Of a stretch of DNA of 64,000 bases, positions 58,250 through 64,000 are shown piece after piece. Position 1 is the stretch's first letter. Each line of letters starts with the position of its first letter. Source of the stretch: an uncultured virus (IMG/VR IMGVR_UViG_3300011215_000001) (lineage: Duplodnaviria > Heunggongvirae > Uroviricota > Caudoviricetes); the IMG/VR virus record IMGVR_UViG_3300011215_000001. One strand, written 5' to 3'. The notes under the pieces are model-generated. The model saw only the letters and a program-made list of their open reading frames with translations, made no database searches and was not told where the DNA came from. The translations under genes were made by a program, and so were the position numbers.

Positions 58250-59254
58250 TTATTCAAATGGTAAATCTTCTTCATCTTCTTCATCGAAATCATCTTCATC
58301 AATGTTACCATTGAATCCATCTTCGTCAGAAGAGAACAAGTCATTTTCATTGTATTTATTTTTTTCATATGTAGTTGAATCTACAGATGTAATTCGTAAT
58401 TCACGAACAAAATTAGTTATGTATTTGAATGACTCTTTAATATCGTCATCCCCACCCCAATCATCTTCATCCTCAACAACTTCTTCTGCATCATCTTCGA
58501 CAGCAATGCTTGCAATTCGACCATAAACTTTAATAAAATCGCCTAGTGAGAATCGCTTAGTAATGTTGTTTGCAAGTTTTGGGTGAGTTGTCTCATCAAC
58601 AATGAAATCAGCATCTGCTGTATCGCCATTGTATTTTACTACTTTTGCATTCACAAGTACTTTGTTTTCATCAGATAACTTTTCAGTCTCTAACACAACA
58701 ATTTCTTGCTCAAAAATAGCTTCTTCTTTGAAGTCTTCATCATCGAAATCTAGTTCGATGTCTTTTTTAGTAACAGACTTGATAATAAATTTAGTAGAGC
58801 GTTTAACTTCGCCTTCATCATTTTCATATTGTTGGAAGTCAATTTCTCCATCTAACTGAATAACATCTTCTTCATTCAAGTTGTTTAGAATGTAATCAAC
58901 TGCATCATATTCTACTAGTACTTTACGTTGAAGTTTGCCATCTTTGTCTTCCTCTAGCTTAAGGTTTACACCCATTACCTTGTAGTCGCCATGATTGTCA
59001 TGTCGTTTTGACCAAGGCACATCTTTGCTTTCCTTAGCTTTTCTAGAGTAAGCTTTTACGTTGTCTCGCTCCATACCAAACATCTCTACACGAATTCGAT
59101 TGTTTGTAGAAGTTTGTACATAGAATGAAATTGATTGAAATTTCTTGTCATCCTTAGTGAATCCTTCACGTAAAGATTTCTCCTTATCAGAAATGCCTAC
59201 CACTTTCCCAACTAGCTTAATTTTACCTTTTGTCTGCTCTAACTTTTTAGACAT
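58250..59254 (-). CDS. Putative single-stranded DNA-binding protein (YorF-like)
   Basis: OB-like strands, very acidic tail ending DLPFE. Confidence 0.7.
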   Translation of the reverse strand: MSKKLEQTKGKIKLVGKVVGISDKEKSLREGFTKDDKKFQSISFYVQTSTNNRIRVEMFGMERDNVKAYSRKAKESKDVPWSKRHDNHGDYKVMGVNLKLEEDKDGKLQRKVLVEYDAVDYILNNLNEEDVIQLDGEIDFQQYENDEGEVKRSTKFIIKSVTKKDIELDFDDEDFKEEAIFEQEIVVLETEKLSDENKVLVNAKVVKYNGDTADADFIVDETTHPKLANNITKRFSLGDFIKVYGRIASIAVEDDAEEVVEDEDDWGGDDDIKESFKYITNFVRELRITSVDSTTYEKNKYNENDLFSSDEDGFNGNIDEDDFDEEDEEDLPFE

Positions 59255-59335
59255 TAAAAATTTGCACTCCTTTTTCTCCTATAGATTATAGCAATCCCAA
59301 CCACTATTGCTACAGATGTCCTTTATGTTAGAGAA

Positions 59336-59351
59336 TACTTTATTTAGTATT
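59336..59351 (-). promoter_or_regulatory. Element A, exact
   Basis: Leader of the replication operon. Confidence 0.8.
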
Positions 59352-59443
59352 CGTGGTGATTGTAAAGTTATACAATCTGTATGTATAACTTTACTAGACT
59401 TGCTTCAAAAATTCAAGTAGTTTTTTTTCAGTTTTTAATTTTT

Positions 59444-59896
59444 TTAAATGACCATTTTTACGATTGTTGGGAAGTCAAGGAATTCATCAGTATTACTAGC
59501 TAGACGGAACATGTGTTCTATTTTAATTTGTAAAGAACCCCCTGCATTTATTAAAGCTAATATGTCATTAATGACAATGCCCTCGCAGAATACCACTTCC
59601 AACTTACGTCTTACAAAATGAGGACTTCCAGTGGAAACAATTTGAGATGCTTTGCTGTAACCAGTTCTGTCTACCTCAGACAATCTAAGAGCCCTTGTTT
59701 TCTTGCGATACTCGTATGCTATTCTAGGATATGTAAATTTTGAATTGACCTCATAAAAATCTAATAAATCATGGAAGTCAATCACTGTTTCTATCGTTAC
59801 AATTAAATCCCTCAGATTCTTTCCACGAAAACCCATTTCTGCAAGAGTATCCTTTAAATGTACTTTATCAAGTTTTCTATTCACACCCACATCCAA
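59444..59896 (-). CDS. Hypothetical protein
   Basis: TTG start with AAGGAGG RBS. Confidence 0.65.
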   Translation of the reverse strand: MDVGVNRKLDKVHLKDTLAEMGFRGKNLRDLIVTIETVIDFHDLLDFYEVNSKFTYPRIAYEYRKKTRALRLSEVDRTGYSKASQIVSTGSPHFVRRKLEVVFCEGIVINDILALINAGGSLQIKIEHMFRLASNTDEFLDFPTIVKMVI

Positions 59897-59991
59897 ACTT
59901 TTTATCCTCCTTGCTTTACATAAATCAATTGACAGTAAACACTATTAAGATAATGATAAAATAGTAGCACTTCAATAATGTTATGTTTAAT

Positions 59992-60020
59992 ATTATACAT
60001 TATAAATTACTGACTTACAA
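59992..60020 (-). promoter_or_regulatory. Sigma-A-type promoter
   Basis: TTGTAA-17 bp-TATAAT. Confidence 0.55.
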
Positions 60021-60060
60021 ATTAAATATTAACATATTATAACACTTAAAGTACATAATC

Positions 60061-60072
60061 AAACGTGTGTTC
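60061..60072. promoter_or_regulatory. Candidate LexA (Cheo) box
   Basis: GAAC-ACAC-GTTT, intergenic, upstream of TGT-TATAAT (60036-60044). Confidence 0.4.
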
Positions 60073-60146
60073 TCATTAAAATGAGTACTACTACCTATTT
60101 ATGTGTGTGAATAGATTTTCCTAACGGTACGATTTTCAGTACATCT

Positions 60147-60485
60147 TTATATCCAGTGCTCCTTGCTACCAACACGCCAAGCACCTTCTCTATTGGATAT
60201 AGAGTAGAAATCATTTCCTATTTCTTCAACATTTCCAGACTCGTACTTGTTCAGCCACTGTTCTCCTAATGCGAACATTTTTTCTAGTCCTTTTTCATTC
60301 TTATCACTTGTCCTTGCTTCGAGTAAACAGAACCCTGTATCTTTCCGTAAATAAAGCTGTACAACAAAACCATACAGCATAAAACTTACATAACAATAAA
60401 CACCTTTATTTACTTTTTGTCCATGATTAAACTTAGGTGAATAAAACCACCCTTGGCTTTCTGAGTATTCTTTTAATATATTCAC
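60147..60485 (-). CDS. Hypothetical protein
   Basis: GTG start with GAGG RBS. Confidence 0.55.
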   Translation of the reverse strand: MNILKEYSESQGWFYSPKFNHGQKVNKGVYCYVSFMLYGFVVQLYLRKDTGFCLLEARTSDKNEKGLEKMFALGEQWLNKYESGNVEEIGNDFYSISNREGAWRVGSKEHWI

Positions 60486-60501
60486 AATAGTTACCCCTCA
60501 C

Positions 60502-61146
60502 CTATTCGTTTGTAAAAAAAGAGGATATTCTACCAGTAAGTCTTTCAACACCTTTAATCCCTTCATCACCAAACTGTGAAAAGAAATCAGCATATCCTAA
60601 TACTATTTCTTGCAATAATGCACTGTCGAATGTTAATTTCATACCAACATCATTAGTTATTTCTGTGGCATCTAATTCATCTAGCCTATGACTATTTGCT
60701 TTAATTTTATCTATTATTGTTTCTGTCTCAATTGGTTTAATGACTGTGAAATCACCCATACAACCCATTACCATTTGTAATGATTCTGTGTCTCGACTTA
60801 AGTAAAATAGCATTTGAGGATTTTTTTTCAATAATTCTCTAATGAATTCACGAACTTCTGGAATTTCATAAAGTTCTGTATTCACTTCATTATCATAACC
60901 ATCAATAACAATAAAAACTTTTTCTTCGTACTTTTTCCATTGTTTGTCTAGTTTCTTAAAAAATCTAGTTCCAACTTTTATATTTTTGCTCTCAATGTCA
61001 TTTTTTGTAAACAAAATATATTGCATCCCTAAAATGCTTGCTTGTACCCTAAACATATCATGCATATCCTTAAGGCGTTCTGCACCACTTTTTTCATTGC
61101 TTTCTAATAGTTTTTCATAAAATTCTTTGTTAGAGAAATTTTTCAC
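60502..61146 (-). CDS. Hypothetical protein
   Basis: GTG start, AAGGAGG RBS; IDGYD...ELYEIPEVR motif. Confidence 0.6.
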   Translation of the reverse strand: MKNFSNKEFYEKLLESNEKSGAERLKDMHDMFRVQASILGMQYILFTKNDIESKNIKVGTRFFKKLDKQWKKYEEKVFIVIDGYDNEVNTELYEIPEVREFIRELLKKNPQMLFYLSRDTESLQMVMGCMGDFTVIKPIETETIIDKIKANSHRLDELDATEITNDVGMKLTFDSALLQEIVLGYADFFSQFGDEGIKGVERLTGRISSFFTNE

Positions 61147-61178
61147 AATGTACCTCCTTAATTATATTTTTCCTTGTA

Positions 61179-61385
61179 TTAATAATATCTGAGTAATTTC
61201 AATAGCGTTTCTTTGTCAATTGAAATTCTAGTTGACAATTCTGTAATTGCTCTATCTTCATTCTTAAGAAGTGTATCTGTTGTACTTCCATATCTTTTAG
61301 TTATTTGCACATTCACATCGACTATTATCGCAATCAATTCTTCATTGCTCTTTTCCTTTATTTCTGACAATTTAATTAGATTCAT
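61179..61385 (-). CDS. Hypothetical protein
   Basis: 68 aa with RBS. Confidence 0.5.
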   Translation of the reverse strand: MNLIKLSEIKEKSNEELIAIIVDVNVQITKRYGSTTDTLLKNEDRAITELSTRISIDKETLLKLLRYY

Positions 61386-61500
61386 TTTTTATTCCCCTTT
61401 CATGTTTTCTTCCCAGATTATAAAAATAATACGAAGAGAATAGTACAGATATAGAGCAAGCTATTGCTCCACCAATGAAACTTGCTACAAAATAACTCAT
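61372..61500 (-). CDS. 42-aa membrane peptide (not in ORF track)
   Basis: MSYFVASFIGGAIACSISVLFSSYYFY...; AAGGAGG RBS. Confidence 0.55.
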   Translation of the reverse strand: MSYFVASFIGGAIACSISVLFSSYYFYNLGRKHERGIKNESN

Positions 61501-61513
61501 ATTTACTTCCTCC

Positions 61514-61876
61514 TTATTCATCCACTAATAAAACTTTGGGTACTAAATGTATCATTTCAGATGTAGTTATGCATAATGCCATACCATTATCATACTCATA
61601 TATCACATTTAATTTTGTATACTTTGGTAGCTTTTCTAAGTCTGTAGCAATATAAGTATCTCTATTCACATATTTTTCTTTATCCAGATACTTTCCGATT
61701 TTCAAAGTTTGCTCTCGGAAATCTGCAAGTTTATCGAACAATTCAACTAAGTTATCTAATTCAATGCCTTTTTTCTCTATTTCAAAAAACAATTCTGTTT
61801 CTAGCTCGTAATGTTTTTCTATGATATCAAATGTTTTCTTGTCCATAACTAGCCTCCTTTTAAAATTTAAGTTCAA
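61514..61876 (-). CDS. Hypothetical protein
   Basis: AAGGAGG before the internal ATG (MDKK). Confidence 0.55.
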   Translation of the reverse strand: MNLNFKRRLVMDKKTFDIIEKHYELETELFFEIEKKGIELDNLVELFDKLADFREQTLKIGKYLDKEKYVNRDTYIATDLEKLPKYTKLNVIYEYDNGMALCITTSEMIHLVPKVLLVDE

Positions 61877-62365
61877 TTTTTTCTACATCAGTAAACTTCC
61901 ATCTAAACCAATGTGTACTTTCAACATCCCAACCATACAAGGATGTAGGGAATGAATGTCTAGTTTCAATTTGACCATTTCTAGTAAGATGAATTGCATC
62001 ATAATCTTCTGCCATTTTTTCAAAGTCTAAGTTTCTAGAAAATGGTAATATAGTTTCTCTTTCATACCTGTTCAAAGCAGACAATAAATCTTCCAATGTA
62101 TCAATCACTAAAACTTTAGCTTCCAAAGAAGGAGTTAAAATAAACCCTTTCCATTCTTTTAAACGAAGAGTGCTTATATCTTTGCAGTAATCGACAAATT
62201 CGCTCCCTGTTACTTTATTGTAGTGAGATGTCCATAGCCCCCCTACTCCTTTATTAAGAAGTTCTGGAGAGTTCTTCACTGGCATCATCTCTGACTCTGT
62301 TANNNNNNNNNNTCGTACTGATTAAACTCTTTGTATCTATTTAAGTGAAACTGTTTTGGTAACAT
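61860..62365 (-). CDS. Conserved phage protein, possible ART-like fold (N-gap near the start)
   Basis: GGLWTS, DFEKM..DYDAIHLT, LYGWDVEST; upstream ATG at 62365 with GGGAG. Confidence 0.5.
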
Positions 62366-62381
62366 TTAAATTCTCCCTAAA

Positions 62382-62732
62382 TTAAATATCTCCATGATAC
62401 AGTCCTGCATCACGAAGTTTATGTAAAGATTCTTTTTGGTCGTCATTAGCTTGTCCTACAACAAACCCATTCCAAACAGCTATAGCTCCTGTCTCTAAAC
62501 ATAGCCATGTTTGTACATCGAAATAGTATTCTTTAGGACATCTATCATATAGTTCATTTCTAGTAATTTCATATTTATCACAAGCAATTTGTATCATTTT
62601 TTCTGTATGTGATGGTACAGCATAGGATATTGTACCATCTGCTAAAATCAATACTTCCAGATAATTCATAAAAGTATTTTTATGAGTATCTATGTCAAAA
62701 GGTGAATGTAATACTAGAGTTTCGTTTAACAT
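62382..62732 (-). CDS. Hypothetical protein
   Basis: YLEV.I..DG...YAVPSH. Confidence 0.55.
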   Translation of the reverse strand: MLNETLVLHSPFDIDTHKNTFMNYLEVLILADGTISYAVPSHTEKMIQIACDKYEITRNELYDRCPKEYYFDVQTWLCLETGAIAVWNGFVVGQANDDQKESLHKLRDAGLYHGDI

Positions 62733-62783
62733 TTAACTTATTTCCATCTTTCTAATTCGTAGAATTTTACTTAATTATAGCAT

Positions 62784-62832
62784 AAAAAGTTGTTCGTGAT
62801 TTTGAGCCTCCTCCACCACGAACAACTTTTTT
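62784..62832. terminator. Bidirectional-type terminator after the MrpR-like gene
   Basis: AAAAAGTTGTTCGTG / CACGAACAACTTTTT. Confidence 0.75.
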
Positions 62833-63811
62833 AGCTATTTTTATTAGTATAATAAAGTTCTGCTATTATCTCTTCATTTAGAAAATCTCTTAAAGACCAC
62901 TTATAAGTAACATTAAAAATACTACAAATTTCTTTTATTTGTTTTACCCCAAGAACTCCATCTCGGTCTAATATCTTTTTAGCACAATATATCATACCAC
63001 TTCTAACTATGTTTTTACTTGTTAGTGCATGTCTATATTCATAAAATTCATCTAGAGAACCTATCATTTTTAATCGATTATAAATAGTAAAATGAGTTAT
63101 TTTTTTAGTTTCAGACGATGTATTAGTTAACGATTTCTTTAGAACATATTCACTTGGTAGAAGAGGTATACTCTCCTTTAGCCTACTATTAGATTCTAGC
63201 TCTCCATTTTTCCTGTAATACTCTATATCTTTACTGGCACTCATTGCAATAGAATAAGTTTTTGAGGAAATTGGAACATGTACTTCATTATTTTTTCTCT
63301 CTACTACAGCATAGTATTTAACAGCATCACCAGATGTGTCTATAATAAAGTCTGACCTTTTTAAGTTTACTAATTCCGATGCTTGTTTTCCTTCAATACC
63401 CTCAAATAAAGCTTGAATAATTACTTTGTCTTGGTTGTTGTAAAGACTCCCTACGATTGATTCTTTTTCTTCAAAGCTAATATACAATTTTTCACTAGTA
63501 ACAAAATCATAAAAATATTCTTGTCTTCGTTTTATAGGATTTACTTTATGGTAAGAATAATCATTTTCTATAGCCCATTGGATGTAGGAAATTAGGATGT
63601 TGCTATAAGTTCTAGAACTTTCTTTTGTGGATGGTTTCAAAATATCTCTCATGAAAACTTTCAGTGCATCATCATCGAAATTGTACAAATCTTTATCAGC
63701 TTCATTTTCTAACGCTTCTGACTTTTTAAAGATTCTACTATATACTACCTGTGTATTCTCGTTAAACTGAGACAGGAATTCATTTTTAAATTTTGGATTA
63801 TAATACATCAT
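62831..63811 (-). CDS. Degenerate tyrosine-recombinase-fold protein, MrpR (YopR)-like repressor
   Basis: YN..FK..FL, E....KDLY.F, Y..WA, N.QD..I...LFEGI.G...SEL.NLK, L..K.I.RSGM; R and HxxR catalytic motifs altered. Confidence 0.75.
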   Translation of the reverse strand: MMYYNPKFKNEFLSQFNENTQVVYSRIFKKSEALENEADKDLYNFDDDALKVFMRDILKPSTKESSRTYSNILISYIQWAIENDYSYHKVNPIKRRQEYFYDFVTSEKLYISFEEKESIVGSLYNNQDKVIIQALFEGIEGKQASELVNLKRSDFIIDTSGDAVKYYAVVERKNNEVHVPISSKTYSIAMSASKDIEYYRKNGELESNSRLKESIPLLPSEYVLKKSLTNTSSETKKITHFTIYNRLKMIGSLDEFYEYRHALTSKNIVRSGMIYCAKKILDRDGVLGVKQIKEICSIFNVTYKWSLRDFLNEEIIAELYYTNKNS

Positions 63812-63849
63812 TGAACACCTCTCTGTTTCAATAAACTTTTTTCAATAAT

Positions 63850-63878
63850 ATTATACTCTTTTATTCACTATTGGTAAA
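63850..63878 (-). promoter_or_regulatory. Promoter of the MrpR-like gene with a degenerate element A spacer
   Basis: TTTACC-AATAGTGAATAAAAGAG-TATAAT. Confidence 0.55.
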
Positions 63879-63880
63879 TG

Positions 63881-63916
63881 TATATTGTCAAAAGCAATGT
63901 TACTTTTGACAATATA
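63881..63916. repeat. 14-bp inverted repeat (terminator or operator)
   Basis: TATATTGTCAAAAG / CTTTTGACAATATA. Confidence 0.6.
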
Positions 63917-64000
63917 CAACTCACTTTTTACTACTATTTGTCAGAATCTGTTTTTTTACTTCCTGTAGCTCTTGGTTTAGCACTTGCATTCGCTCTAGCT

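Larger units (their letters stand above)
1..64000. mobile_element. Large Bacillales phage/prophage segment (SPbeta-like replication and regulation genes; probable contractile tail)
   Basis: Tail and lysis genes on +, converging with phage-type replication and nucleotide genes on -; SSB-like/AAA/helicase/primase/RecJ order resembles SPbeta yorF-yorK. Confidence 0.93.

Noticed and set aside
30109..59351. Element A as a CRISPR repeat
   Set aside because: Only 16 bp, dispersed over 30 kb with whole genes between copies; no regular spacers or cas genes
59507..59518. LexA-like boxes inside ORFs (also near 20132-20143)
   Set aside because: Both encode EHMF within coding sequence and I found no clear associated promoter; chance or coding constraint is sufficient
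59255..60146. tRNA genes or a replication origin in the larger intergenic gaps
   Set aside because: No cloverleaf or T-loop motif and no iteron array seen; only hairpins and promoter-like elements
1431..61443. Many short antisense ORFs in the track (e.g. 1431-1796, 18521-18901, 51157-51507, 56740-57132)
   Set aside because: They lie opposite well-supported genes and have no recognisable motifs
62831..63811. Active integrase with an att site
   Set aside because: Catalytic motifs are altered and no phage-host junction is visible

Overview
64-kb fragment of a large, AT-rich bacteriophage or prophage of a Bacillales host. No host housekeeping context is visible. Positions 1-18.9 kb (+ strand) are the end of the virion module: a PAAR-like spike, tail proteins, a tandem array of eight discoidin/SPRY/LamG receptor-binding-type proteins, a DNRLRE repeat protein, and a lysis cassette with an M15 endolysin carrying an SLH-like tail. 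After a bidirectional terminator, 18.9-64 kb (- strand) holds an SPbeta-like replication module (SSB-like, AAA ATPase, DnaB, primase, RecJ, DnaE, RusA, RNase H), nucleotide metabolism (NrdAB, flavodoxin, thioredoxin, Gmk, dUTPase, ThyA, DHFR), a PnuC-NadR-Nudix NAD+ salvage operon, an RNA-repair pair (Pnkp-Rnl fusion plus RlaP-like nucleotidyltransferase), accessory genes including an ADP-ribosyltransferase-like/HD fusion, and a degenerate tyrosine-recombinase-fold (MrpR-like) protein. The strongest unexplained signal is a 16-bp element (AATACTAAATAAAGTA on the coding strand; 9 exact and several variant copies) at gene junctions, always co-oriented with transcription and in places filling sigma-A promoter spacers. 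A second 20-bp element brackets the adhesin cassette. All calls come from motif recognition by eye; no searches were run. Four N-gaps (20553-20562, 45516-45734, 55276-55285, 62303-62312) break some genes.
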